64,000 nt of DNA from Bdellovibrionales bacterium. GTDB lineage: Bacteria > Bdellovibrionota > Bdellovibrionia > Bdellovibrionales > UBA1609. The stretch lies in assembly GCA_965199935.1 (NCBI GenBank), contig CBDATD010000001.1, positions 235,097 through 299,096 on the forward strand, in the 5' to 3' direction. How positions within the stretch are numbered: position 1 is the first letter of the stretch; each line of letters starts with the position of its first letter. The notes below the pieces were generated by a model. The model was not told the origin of the DNA. It was given only the letters and a program-made list of their open reading frames with translations, and did no database searches. Both the position numbers and the translations under genes were made by a program. Shown here piece after piece: positions 27,700 to 36,905 of this stretch.

Positions 27700-28968
27700 T
27701 TAAATAAATTTTCGAAACTCATCTTTTTTATGAGGAAAAGAATGAGAAAACTCATAGACCCATTTTTTGACAGCCGCTGTTTGATTCAGATGAGACAAAG
27801 CCTTTAAAGCAAACACAGCCGCCTCGCCTCTCAAACGCTCGTCAGGATAGGCGGAGAGGGCGATCTCACGAAATACAGGAGCTGTTTGACTGTACCTTCC
27901 AATGCGAAACAAGGCCTTATTTTTCAGATAACGAATCTCAAAAACCGACTTCCTCAAAACACTATGCTTCAAATAAAAATCATAAGCTTGAATTTCCAAA
28001 CGCGGGTCTTGAGACAGCTGAGCTAGAGAATGATAAAGGTGAAATAAATTTTCAAGATGAATAAATTTTTCTTTTCTTTCATTTGCTTTTAAATGAAATT
28101 TAATAAACCTCTGTTCAAATAAAATATGACGCTGATAAAAGTTTAAAGACTGATCATACTGCCCCATCCGCGAAGCCCATTCAGCGGCAGACAGAACCAT
28201 CACAGAGTCCATAGGAAAATAAGAAAGATAAACATTGTACAATTGAAGAATATTTTTACTCATCCTCTCACCGTGAGCCATATAAATGAGATTCTTGACA
28301 GCCTCCGGAGAATGCCTGCATGCATTGTGATTGCAGGATTGATTTTGCAGATACACCTGGCAGGCTCGATCAAAGGAGCTTACAGCCTGCTTCCAGCGGC
28401 GGCTGGTTAAGTAATGTTTCGTCCTAGACAGCGCCAAGTCTAAAGGGCTGAGAGTTTTTTCATTTTCGGAGAGTATTTCAAGATCATCTATTGTTTTATC
28501 TACGTCTTCCAGCTTTTTTTCCATCTGAAGAGAGAGTGTGCGGGCTTTTGAAATTCTGCTGTGATCCCTGCTCACGGATAAAACCTGTTTGTAAGAATCC
28601 AGGGCCTGTGAATAAACAGCCAGCATTTCATACAAATAACCAATACGAAATAAAATTTTGGATTTCTCCTCTCCGTGAGCCACTCGATTTAAAGCTTTCT
28701 TATAGAGATAAATAGCCTGCAGAACCTCATCTTTTAACTTATGATCTTGAGAGGATGGAGTCAGAGGCCTCTTCACTCTCTCTAAAGTGGCTTCTGCTAA
28801 ACGCACCTCCAGAGAATAAAGCGCTGTTTTACTGATGTATTTAGATTGAGTGTAAGCTTTTAACAGTTCTTGGAGAACTTGCTCTCTGGAAAGTGGTTTT
28901 TCAGAGAGGGCGCAAAAGGCGCCAAATGATAAGACAATACAAAACACATATTTCAAGTAATCAATCAT
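27700..28968 (-). CDS. TPR-repeat protein with an N-terminal signal/anchor
   Basis: 422 aa. It has a hydrophobic N-terminus and repeated A/Y/L helical-pair pattern (..AIYLYKKALNR.., ..IGYLYEMLAVYSQALDSYKQVL..). Confidence 0.55.
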   Translation of the reverse strand: MIDYLKYVFCIVLSFGAFCALSEKPLSREQVLQELLKAYTQSKYISKTALYSLEVRLAEATLERVKRPLTPSSQDHKLKDEVLQAIYLYKKALNRVAHGEEKSKILFRIGYLYEMLAVYSQALDSYKQVLSVSRDHSRISKARTLSLQMEKKLEDVDKTIDDLEILSENEKTLSPLDLALSRTKHYLTSRRWKQAVSSFDRACQVYLQNQSCNHNACRHSPEAVKNLIYMAHGERMSKNILQLYNVYLSYFPMDSVMVLSAAEWASRMGQYDQSLNFYQRHILFEQRFIKFHLKANERKEKFIHLENLFHLYHSLAQLSQDPRLEIQAYDFYLKHSVLRKSVFEIRYLKNKALFRIGRYSQTAPVFREIALSAYPDERLRGEAAVFALKALSHLNQTAAVKKWVYEFSHSFPHKKDEFRKFI

Positions 28969-28975
28969 AAGCTTT

Positions 28976-30247
28976 TCAAGCTAGTTTATATTTATGAATC
29001 CGGTGTTTCAAGGATCTGGGAGTGATTTTCAACAGCCGGGCCGCTTTTTCCCGGTTTCCCCTGGCTCTATGAATGGCTTCTGAGAGAATCCGTTTTTCTG
29101 CTTGACGCATGACGTAAGTTAAGTCCATCCCCTCTGATGGGAAGGCAAGATCCAGCACATTGCTTTCCTCTTTTCTGTTTTTTAAACACTCTATTTCACA
29201 AACCCTGTCTCCCTCAGCAAACAAAACAGCTTTCTCGATCATATTTTCCAACTCCCTAATATTACCAGGATAGGAATACTGCTTTAAATACTCAAGGGCT
29301 GTTTCAGAAAACTGCATATTTTCTTTCATGTATTTTTTCTTATTTTTTTCTAAAAAATACTGAGTGAGCAAAGGAAGATCTTCCATCCTGTCTCTGAGCG
29401 GCGGTATCTCCAAATGAACCACCGCCAGCCGGTGAAACAGATCTTCACGAAAAGTTTGTTTCTGAATCATTTGCTCCAAATTCCGATGGGTCGCAGAAAT
29501 AATCCGCACATCTATTTCATACTCCGTCAACGACCCTAAGGGCCGCACCTTTTTATCTTGAACGGCGCGAAGCAGTTTGGCCTGTAAATTTAAAGGCAAA
29601 GCCCCCAACTCATCTAAAAATAAAGTTCCTTTATTGGATATCTCAAAAAAACCTTTTTTATCAGAAACAGCTCCCGTAAAACTCCCTTTTTTATGCCCAA
29701 AAAATTCCGACTCCATTAAATTTTCTGAAACAGCGCCGCAATGAACTATTGTAAAAGGACTCAAAGCCCTCGCGCTGTTTTGGTGGATGAAACGGGCAAA
29801 TAACTCCTTGCCTGTACCACTCTCCCCTGTCAATAAGACCGGCGCCGTGTAGTCAGCTATTTGCTTCATTCGATCCAAAAGCTCCTGTATAGACGGCCCT
29901 CCTATAATCTCCACATCATTAGAGCTGGACAACAGCTGTTCTATCTTGGTTTTGACATCTTTGAGAGAGAGAGGTTTGGCCGCATAATGCCTCCCGCGAA
30001 CCTCTCCGCCGCCTATCCATAAAACAGGTTCAAAAAAATGACTTTCGTTTTGAGGAATCAAAGAGGAGTCCGCAATGACAATATGAAAATTTTTATTGCT
30101 TAACAAACCCTCGACACGATCAAAATGATCTGTGAAAGTCAATTCAACAGGAACTGATATTTGACGGCAGAGAGCCTTAAAGACAGAGTGAATGTGCAGA
30201 TCAGAATCAACGATTAAAATATTTTTTGTGGAATCTGCACACTTCAT
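28976..30247 (-). CDS. pilR: Sigma-54-dependent response regulator (PilR/NtrC family)
   Basis: 423 aa. It has a receiver-like N-terminus, an AAA+ core (GESGTGKELFARFIH, GSFTGAV, ESEFFGH) and a C-terminal Fis-type HTH. It lies adjacent to the pil genes. The symbol is by context. Confidence 0.7.
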   Translation of the reverse strand: MKCADSTKNILIVDSDLHIHSVFKALCRQISVPVELTFTDHFDRVEGLLSNKNFHIVIADSSLIPQNESHFFEPVLWIGGGEVRGRHYAAKPLSLKDVKTKIEQLLSSSNDVEIIGGPSIQELLDRMKQIADYTAPVLLTGESGTGKELFARFIHQNSARALSPFTIVHCGAVSENLMESEFFGHKKGSFTGAVSDKKGFFEISNKGTLFLDELGALPLNLQAKLLRAVQDKKVRPLGSLTEYEIDVRIISATHRNLEQMIQKQTFREDLFHRLAVVHLEIPPLRDRMEDLPLLTQYFLEKNKKKYMKENMQFSETALEYLKQYSYPGNIRELENMIEKAVLFAEGDRVCEIECLKNRKEESNVLDLAFPSEGMDLTYVMRQAEKRILSEAIHRARGNREKAARLLKITPRSLKHRIHKYKLA

Positions 30248-30248
30248 T

Positions 30249-31280
30249 TCAACCCGCCTGCTGAGTTAGACCTTGGCCGCTTGGAAGTTTAATATACAAG
30301 GAATTCATTTTGCTGGAGGTTTCAATCCGGCCTCTATGCTTCTCGATCACTTTTTCAATTCTTCGAAAATCTTTAAGCCATTTCAGCATCTGGAGAGGCT
30401 CTTTCACTTGGACCACTCCAAGTTTTTCCAATTGAATCACATTCCATAATCCATCCTTATAAGTCCTTATTTTTAACTTTTGAAAATCGCTGTACGTATG
30501 AAAAAACCACTGAATGAGGCTGATAATCACCTTCTTCAGCCGGCTTCTATCTCCGAAAATAACAGAAACATCAGAGAGATGCTTCTGAACGGACTGAAAC
30601 TTTGTTTTTGAATGAATATGCTCCACTGCGTCTTGAACCAACTCATTAATATTTAATTTTTCTTGATGGAAAGAAGACTCTTCTTCCTCATCTGAGAAAG
30701 CAGACCAGTGAAGATGACGGAGAGGGTGAGTGAAAGAGAGTTTGATTTTCCAGAAAAGACGTCGAAATGAAGAAACCCACTGATTGAAATAACTCCCCAT
30801 AAATCCCGCTGAAAAAGCCATGCTTAAAAAGAGAAAATTATGGAGGGCAAAAAAGGCTCCATCAAAAGATGAAAAATGAGGGGACACAAAGTGAACCCAT
30901 GTGAATAAGCAGGAAGTCCACAGCCCCTGCAAAAGAGAACCTTTGTATTGAAACTGCAGTCCGGCGAATAAAATATGAACAAGCCATACAAAACACAGCA
31001 CTCCAAAAAAGACATACCCTGTACGGTGCATAATTAAAGCGCAGAACAACGCATCCAGCGCATACATGAGAGGCCATGCTTTGAATTTTTTTTGAAAAAC
31101 AAAAGCAGTAGAATCAAAAACCAGCGCCGCCCCTGCAAGAGAATAAATAAACACCCACACATCTGCATTTAAAAATGAAGGCTGAACGAAAGCATAAATC
31201 AGACCTATTATGAGTAAAGAGGCGTGAAATAACGAGCGAAAAGTATGGGTCCAAAAAGGAATCAATGTTGTTACAGCCAT
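30249..31280 (-). CDS. Polytopic membrane protein with a degenerate histidine-kinase-like C-terminus (PilS position)
   Basis: 343 aa. It has about 6 hydrophobic segments and a possible H-box remnant, FTHPLRHL. A C-terminal alpha/beta region follows, without recognisable N or G1/G2 boxes. Confidence 0.45.
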   Translation of the reverse strand: MAVTTLIPFWTHTFRSLFHASLLIIGLIYAFVQPSFLNADVWVFIYSLAGAALVFDSTAFVFQKKFKAWPLMYALDALFCALIMHRTGYVFFGVLCFVWLVHILFAGLQFQYKGSLLQGLWTSCLFTWVHFVSPHFSSFDGAFFALHNFLFLSMAFSAGFMGSYFNQWVSSFRRLFWKIKLSFTHPLRHLHWSAFSDEEEESSFHQEKLNINELVQDAVEHIHSKTKFQSVQKHLSDVSVIFGDRSRLKKVIISLIQWFFHTYSDFQKLKIRTYKDGLWNVIQLEKLGVVQVKEPLQMLKWLKDFRRIEKVIEKHRGRIETSSKMNSLYIKLPSGQGLTQQAG

Positions 31281-31281
31281 C

Positions 31282-32499
31282 TTAACCTCCAGCCAAAGCG
31301 CCGCTCATTTTGAAAATAGGCAGATACAAGGCCACAATAATAAAACCTATAATCAGCGCCACCCCTACAATCATCACGGGTTCAATCATCTTAATAATGC
31401 CGTTCACAGCGGCATCCACTTGATCCTCACAAAACTCAGCAATTTTCATGAGAATGTCATCCACATTGCCCGTCTGCTCTCCAGAGGTAATCATATTTCT
31501 CATTAAACCAGGGAAGATGCTTTCACTCGCTAGAGATTTCCCCAATCTAAACCCTCTCTCTACAGATTCAGAAACTCTGAGTGAGGCATCCTGCATCAAT
31601 ACACTTCCAGAGGATTTTCCTGCAATTTTGATAGATTCGACAATATTGCTTCCAGCAGAAAGCAAACAAGAAAGAGTGCGTGAGAACCGAGCCACATTAT
31701 TTTTAACAAATAAGGGTCCAAGTCCTGGAATATTTGTTAAAAATCTCTCCCACACTCTAGAACCATGCTCCGTTTTGATAAACATCACAAAAGAAACACT
31801 TAAAGCTATAACAGCCACAATCAAAAACACTGAGTTATTTCTCATAAAATCACTCATATCCACAAGCATTTGAGTAATGGCCGGAAGCTCCTGGTCTGCT
31901 TCTGCAAAAATGGCCTCAAACTTAGGCACAAGATAGACAATCATCCCAATCACGATAAGAATAGCTGTAATGCCGACAAATACAGGGTACATCATTGAGG
32001 ATTTCACTCGTCCTTTAATGCTTTCCGTTTTCTCAATGTAAGAGGCCAGCTGGTTGAGCATCACATCCAAACTCCCCCCTTCTTCTCCGGCTTTAACCAT
32101 ATTGACATACAGATCATTAAAAACATTGGGGTGTGCTGAGAGGGAAGCAGAAAAAGATTTTCCAGCAATAATACTATGAGCAAGCTCTTCAAAAATTTTC
32201 CTCAAAGGAGGATCATCCGTATTTTTTCCTACAATATCCAAAGCCTGAGCAATAGGAACACTGGCCTTCACAAGAAAGGCCAGCTGTCTAGTGGCCATAA
32301 CAACTTTTTTATGGCTGATCCCCCCAATACTTATTTCCAACAAATTGGGAGATTTCTTTGTGTCTTGAACAACCGCACTAATCAACGACAGCTGTTTGGA
32401 CATCAATTTTTGCTCAACTTCATCCCTTGAATTGGCCTTCACACGGCCCTGTACAATGCGTCTGTGCGGGTCTTTGGCTCTAAATTGATATACAGGCAT
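31282..32499 (-). CDS. pilC: Type IV pilus platform protein (GspF family)
   Basis: It starts MPVYQFRAKD.. and has two GspF repeats and 3 TM segments. The internal ATG 32499 was chosen to avoid overlap with pilT. Confidence 0.85.
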   Translation of the reverse strand: MPVYQFRAKDPHRRIVQGRVKANSRDEVEQKLMSKQLSLISAVVQDTKKSPNLLEISIGGISHKKVVMATRQLAFLVKASVPIAQALDIVGKNTDDPPLRKIFEELAHSIIAGKSFSASLSAHPNVFNDLYVNMVKAGEEGGSLDVMLNQLASYIEKTESIKGRVKSSMMYPVFVGITAILIVIGMIVYLVPKFEAIFAEADQELPAITQMLVDMSDFMRNNSVFLIVAVIALSVSFVMFIKTEHGSRVWERFLTNIPGLGPLFVKNNVARFSRTLSCLLSAGSNIVESIKIAGKSSGSVLMQDASLRVSESVERGFRLGKSLASESIFPGLMRNMITSGEQTGNVDDILMKIAEFCEDQVDAAVNGIIKMIEPVMIVGVALIIGFIIVALYLPIFKMSGALAGG

Positions 32500-32509
32500 G
32501 ATCTTCCCT

Positions 32510-33586
32510 CTAGCTTGCCTTTGTAATAGAGTGTTTGATGAGAGTTTCCAATTCCTGAGGCATTGTAGTGGATTCCAAAGCTGTTTCAATTGAAATAGTG
32601 TTAGACCTCACCAATCTTGCCAAACATTGGTTGAAAGTGACCATGCCTTCCTGCTGTTGGGTCAACATCAGAGAATACAGCTGATGCTGTTTTCCTTCAC
32701 GAATCAAATTTCTAACACCTACTGTGGCATACATAATTTCGTAACATAAAACACGGCCCCGGCCGTCCAGGGTTGGGAGAAGTCTTTGACAAAGAACAGC
32801 CCTTAGACAGTTGCTCAACTGATTTCGAATAAGAGCTTTTTCTTCACCTCCAAAAACACCAATCACCCTTTCGACAGCGTCAAAAGCAGTATTGGTGTGA
32901 ATGGTGGAAAAAACTAAATGCCCTGTTTCTGCGGCATGGAGTCCCGTTGTAATGGTCTCTTTATCCCGCATCTCACCCACTAAGCAAACATCAGGATCCT
33001 CCCTAAGAGCCGCCCTCAACCCGTCTGCAAAGGTGTAAATATCTGCACCTAATTCTTTTTGCAAAATGACACATTTGTCATGTGAATGTATGTACTCAAT
33101 AGGATCTTCCACAGTGACAATCAACCCTCTTTTCTTTTGATTTATTTCCTTAATCATCGCCGCTAACGTTGTGCTTTTTCCTGAACCTGTAGGCCCTGCC
33201 AGCAGCACCAGCCCGTGAGGATACCAAGGGATATCAAAGGCAGAACTTGGAAGCCCTAAAGTGTTTAGTTGAGGTACAACTGAGGGAATGCATCGAAAGG
33301 TTCCTCCAATAGTGCTTTTTTGAAAATAAAGATGGCCCCTGAAGCGATACTGATCTCCGATTGAAAGACTAAAATCAATCACTCTCTTACTCTCAAACTC
33401 TGCTTTTTGGTTCTCGTTTAATACAGAAAAGCAAAGCTCTTTAGTTTGCGCCGGCGTTAAAGAGGGATGATCAATTTTGGAAATATGACTCTTCACCCGC
33501 AGAACAGGAGGACTGCCGGCCAGAATATGAAGATCAGAAGCCTCCTGTGCAACTGCAGTTTTAAACAACTGAAGCATTGTAATCAT
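32510..33586 (-). CDS. pilT: Twitching-motility retraction ATPase
   Basis: 358 aa. It has ASDLHI, Walker A GPTGSGKST, GEMRD, and the AHLVFSTIHTN-like motif (GHLVFSTIHTN). Confidence 0.9.
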   Translation of the reverse strand: MITMLQLFKTAVAQEASDLHILAGSPPVLRVKSHISKIDHPSLTPAQTKELCFSVLNENQKAEFESKRVIDFSLSIGDQYRFRGHLYFQKSTIGGTFRCIPSVVPQLNTLGLPSSAFDIPWYPHGLVLLAGPTGSGKSTTLAAMIKEINQKKRGLIVTVEDPIEYIHSHDKCVILQKELGADIYTFADGLRAALREDPDVCLVGEMRDKETITTGLHAAETGHLVFSTIHTNTAFDAVERVIGVFGGEEKALIRNQLSNCLRAVLCQRLLPTLDGRGRVLCYEIMYATVGVRNLIREGKQHQLYSLMLTQQQEGMVTFNQCLARLVRSNTISIETALESTTMPQELETLIKHSITKAS

Positions 33587-35352
33587 TGAGTATCTCCTAT
33601 GGTTCCGTATAAAACTTCTTCAAAAGTGGTAATTCCTTGAATCATTTTATCTATACCGCTTTGCCTAAGCGTTTTGAGTTCTCCAGATTTTATCGCGTTT
33701 TTTTTCAAATCCAGAGGAGCTATTTTATCAAACACACCTCTCTTCACGTTATCGGTGATTTTAAGCATTTCATAAACAGCCACCCTTCCTTTGTACCCAA
33801 TATTAGAGCAAACTCTGCATCCTTTTCCTTTTTTGACCTGCCCTTGAGCCTTCTCTATTTGAAGCTTAGACAACCCCAGCTGTCCCAAAGAATCCTGTGA
33901 AATGGTATCCATCATGGCGCATCGAGAACACACCCTGCGCAAAAGCCTCTGTCCGACAACAAGACTAATGTTTTCAGCTATACTGTAGTCCGGTATTCCC
34001 AGATCCAACAGTCTGGTCACAGTGGATGGGGTGTCATTTGTATGAATCGTACTCAACACCAAATGCCCCGTCGCCGCCGCTTTAAAAGCTATTTCAGCTG
34101 TTTCATAGTCTCTAATTTCCCCCACCAAGATGACATCAGGGTCCTGCCTTAAAAAAGCACGCAGGGCGGAAGCAAAAGTCAGCCCGATTTTTGGATGCAT
34201 TTGCACCTGGTTGAGACCTTCTATTTTATATTCCACCGGATCTTCCGCTGTTGAAATGTTTCTTTCTGGAACATTCAGCAAATTTAAACCAGAGTAAATA
34301 GTCGTCGTTTTGCCGCTTCCGGTAGGACCTGTAATCAAAATAAGGCCTTGAGGCTGACGCAAAGATTCTTGAAAGATCTCCGCCTCCTTATCCGTCATAC
34401 CTAAGTCACGAAAACCCGTAGAAATAGATGAATCATCCAATATCCTCATCACAATTTTTTCACCGCTCACTGTGGGAGCAATAGACACACGAAAATCCAA
34501 CTCCTTGCCTTGATTCATTTTAACCTTTAAGCGTCCATCCTGAGGTTTTCGTCTTTCTCCAATGTCTAAATTAGACATTACTTTCATACGGCTGATGATA
34601 TAAGGGGATATGGTTTTTGGGGGATGAAACATTTCATGAAGTTTGCCGTCAATACGGAAACGCACACGACACTTTTTCTCGTAGGATTCAATATGAATGT
34701 CAGAGGCCCTTTTGTTTCTCGCATTGATAATCACACGATTGACAAATCGAACAACAGGCTCTGGATCATTGGCATCCAAACGAATCACTGCCGCTGTTTC
34801 ATCGTCTTCGGGGCCGGCTTCTGTGTTGAAGCGTTTTTGAAACTTCATGCTGGATTCTTCGATTTCAGAAAAGAGTTTATGAATCCCCTCTTCCTTATGA
34901 GCATAAAAAATGTTGATTGCATTTCGGATGGCGGATGCTGTTGACAGCACAAATTCTATTTTACACTTTGTGGTGAATAAGAGCTGTTCTTTTAAAATAT
35001 TATCTACAGGATCCGCAACAGCCACCACAAGAGTATCTCCCAATCGAGAGATGGGAATCACCGTGTATTTATCACAAAACTTTTGAGGAACCAGGTGCAG
35101 CACCTCCTTAGATATATCAAAACTTTCTATATCGACCGTTTGGTACCCATACTGCTCAGACAGAAACGAAACCACTTCTGTTTCAGAAAGGTAGCCCATT
35201 TCTGTCAAAACAGATAAAAACTTCCTGTCACTGCCTCCTGTCTTCTTTTGCAGCTCCACTAACTGCTGTTTGCTCATGATCTTCTTTTGAACCAGAAGCT
35301 CGCCCATAGAAACAGATTTATGTTTTGAATATTTTCTTCCAGCTTGCGGCAT
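33583..35352 (-). CDS. pilB: Type IV pilus assembly ATPase (GspE family)
   Basis: 589 aa. It has N-terminal T2SSE_N repeats, Walker A GPTGSGKTTT and a tetracysteine motif (CSRC..CRVC). Confidence 0.9.
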   Translation of the reverse strand: MPQAGRKYSKHKSVSMGELLVQKKIMSKQQLVELQKKTGGSDRKFLSVLTEMGYLSETEVVSFLSEQYGYQTVDIESFDISKEVLHLVPQKFCDKYTVIPISRLGDTLVVAVADPVDNILKEQLLFTTKCKIEFVLSTASAIRNAINIFYAHKEEGIHKLFSEIEESSMKFQKRFNTEAGPEDDETAAVIRLDANDPEPVVRFVNRVIINARNKRASDIHIESYEKKCRVRFRIDGKLHEMFHPPKTISPYIISRMKVMSNLDIGERRKPQDGRLKVKMNQGKELDFRVSIAPTVSGEKIVMRILDDSSISTGFRDLGMTDKEAEIFQESLRQPQGLILITGPTGSGKTTTIYSGLNLLNVPERNISTAEDPVEYKIEGLNQVQMHPKIGLTFASALRAFLRQDPDVILVGEIRDYETAEIAFKAAATGHLVLSTIHTNDTPSTVTRLLDLGIPDYSIAENISLVVGQRLLRRVCSRCAMMDTISQDSLGQLGLSKLQIEKAQGQVKKGKGCRVCSNIGYKGRVAVYEMLKITDNVKRGVFDKIAPLDLKKNAIKSGELKTLRQSGIDKMIQGITTFEEVLYGTIGDTQ

Positions 35353-35396
35353 AGTACACCTATCACGGACTGTATCGGAGTATTGAAAGATATTAT

Positions 35397-36344
35397 TTAA
35401 GTTTTTTTAGCGTCTTTGTTTTGAAAATAAGCCTTAGCCTTCATGACATCAGAGCGGATCTCCTTTTTAAGAGAATCTATACTGTCAAATTTCTTTTCAT
35501 CCCGCACATAACTGAGAACATCCACTTGAACTTTTTTGCATTTAGTTTTTGGAGGACAAGCCCCCAGCAGGTGAACCTCTACCTTTACCTTGCCGCCCGG
35601 CCTGGAAAAAGTAGGATTGACGCCAATATTCATAACCCCTGAAAACTCTCTTTGGTCCATATGCAAAAGGCAAATGTAAACCCCTCTTTTATGCGGCAAG
35701 CGGGAAGATGTTTTAATATTGATTGTTGGAAAACCCAATTCTGCTCCTCTCCCCTCTCCAACGGCAGTATCCCCTCTCAGCGAGAAAGGGCGTCCCATGA
35801 GACAACTCATTTGATCAAAATCGTTTGCTGTAAAAGCCTCCCTGAGAATTGAAGTGGATATGATTTTTCCTTTTATCTTAACAGGCCTGATTTTTTCCAC
35901 TTCAAATGAATGCTTTTCGGCCCATTTCTGCAGTTTTTGAACACAGCCTTCGCGATTAAAGCCAAACCTCAAGTCATAACCCGCCACCACACACGAGGGG
36001 CGAAATGTTTTGTAAATATACTGCTCAAAGAACACTGGAGCAGGAATACGCGAGAAACTTTGAGAAAAATTCTCTATAACCAAATACTCCAAACCCAAAA
36101 CAGAAGCTTGATGAATAAGATCCTCTGAAGGAAACAATCTTTCTACACCTAAATGAGGCCGCAACAGCTTGAGAGGATGAGGATCAAACGTCATCAAAAT
36201 AGAAGGACGACCCCTGTGCTGAGCCAGAGAAACCACCTTTTGAACAATTTTTTGATGGCCTAAATGAAACCCATCAAAAATACCTAGAGTCAAGACCCCA
36301 GACAAACCCCCTTTGTAATCTAAGCGGCTGGTGCAAACTCTCAT
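35397..36344 (-). CDS. ribF: Bifunctional riboflavin kinase / FMN adenylyltransferase
   Basis: 315 aa. It has GIFDGFHLGHQ and ..GFPTINI.. / ..GVYI.. / ..NIGVNPTF.. motifs. Confidence 0.9.
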   Translation of the reverse strand: MRVCTSRLDYKGGLSGVLTLGIFDGFHLGHQKIVQKVVSLAQHRGRPSILMTFDPHPLKLLRPHLGVERLFPSEDLIHQASVLGLEYLVIENFSQSFSRIPAPVFFEQYIYKTFRPSCVVAGYDLRFGFNREGCVQKLQKWAEKHSFEVEKIRPVKIKGKIISTSILREAFTANDFDQMSCLMGRPFSLRGDTAVGEGRGAELGFPTINIKTSSRLPHKRGVYICLLHMDQREFSGVMNIGVNPTFSRPGGKVKVEVHLLGACPPKTKCKKVQVDVLSYVRDEKKFDSIDSLKKEIRSDVMKAKAYFQNKDAKKT

Positions 36345-36357
36345 AGAGAAAACAACG

Positions 36358-36852
36358 TCATCTGTACTTTTTATTATAGGCCTTAATCACACTTTCTGTC
36401 TCATTCACATCATCCGAAACCCATAAGACATCCGGGGACATCTTCTCCACAAGCAAATAACCTTTCTCTTTAGCTATTTTATTTAAAACAGGTTTCATTT
36501 TTTTCACGATATTGCCGACCAGCCTGGCTTGATATTCCTGCAGCTCCTTTTGGGAAATCTCCAGTTTTTTCTGAAACTCCACAAACTGCATTTGTAATTT
36601 TTGCGCTCTTTTTCTCTTCTCAGAATCAGACAACAAGCTAGACTCCGACTCAAACTGTTGTCTTTCTTCCTGCAGTTTTTTCTCTGTTTTTTGCAATTGC
36701 CTCTGCCTGTCAGCAAACTCTTTTTCAAGTTTTTTTTTCAAGGACCGTCCTTCTTTTGTTTTTTGGAGAACCTTATCAAAATCCACATATCCAATTTTTG
36801 AAAAAGCTGAAAAACAATAGATACAAATAAAGAAAAACGATAAAAATCTCAT
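36358..36852 (-). CDS. skp: OmpH/Skp periplasmic chaperone
   Basis: 164 aa. It has a signal peptide and a coiled-coil Lys/Glu/Gln-rich body, and lies immediately downstream of bamA. Confidence 0.8.
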   Translation of the reverse strand: MRFLSFFFICIYCFSAFSKIGYVDFDKVLQKTKEGRSLKKKLEKEFADRQRQLQKTEKKLQEERQQFESESSLLSDSEKRKRAQKLQMQFVEFQKKLEISQKELQEYQARLVGNIVKKMKPVLNKIAKEKGYLLVEKMSPDVLWVSDDVNETESVIKAYNKKYR

Positions 36853-36905
36853 ATAAAAAACCCTCCGACAGCTTCTTCACTATCGTAAAAAAGGAGACAA
36901 ATCAA

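Noticed and set aside
33583-35352. The PilB N-terminus (..MGELLVQKKIMSKQQLVELQKK..) resembles the MshEN c-di-GMP-binding motif.
   Set aside because: The leading Arg and the central Gly of the RLGxx(L/V/I)(L/V/I)xxG(L/V/I)(L/V/I) motif, as I remember it, are replaced. Binding cannot be inferred from this partial match.
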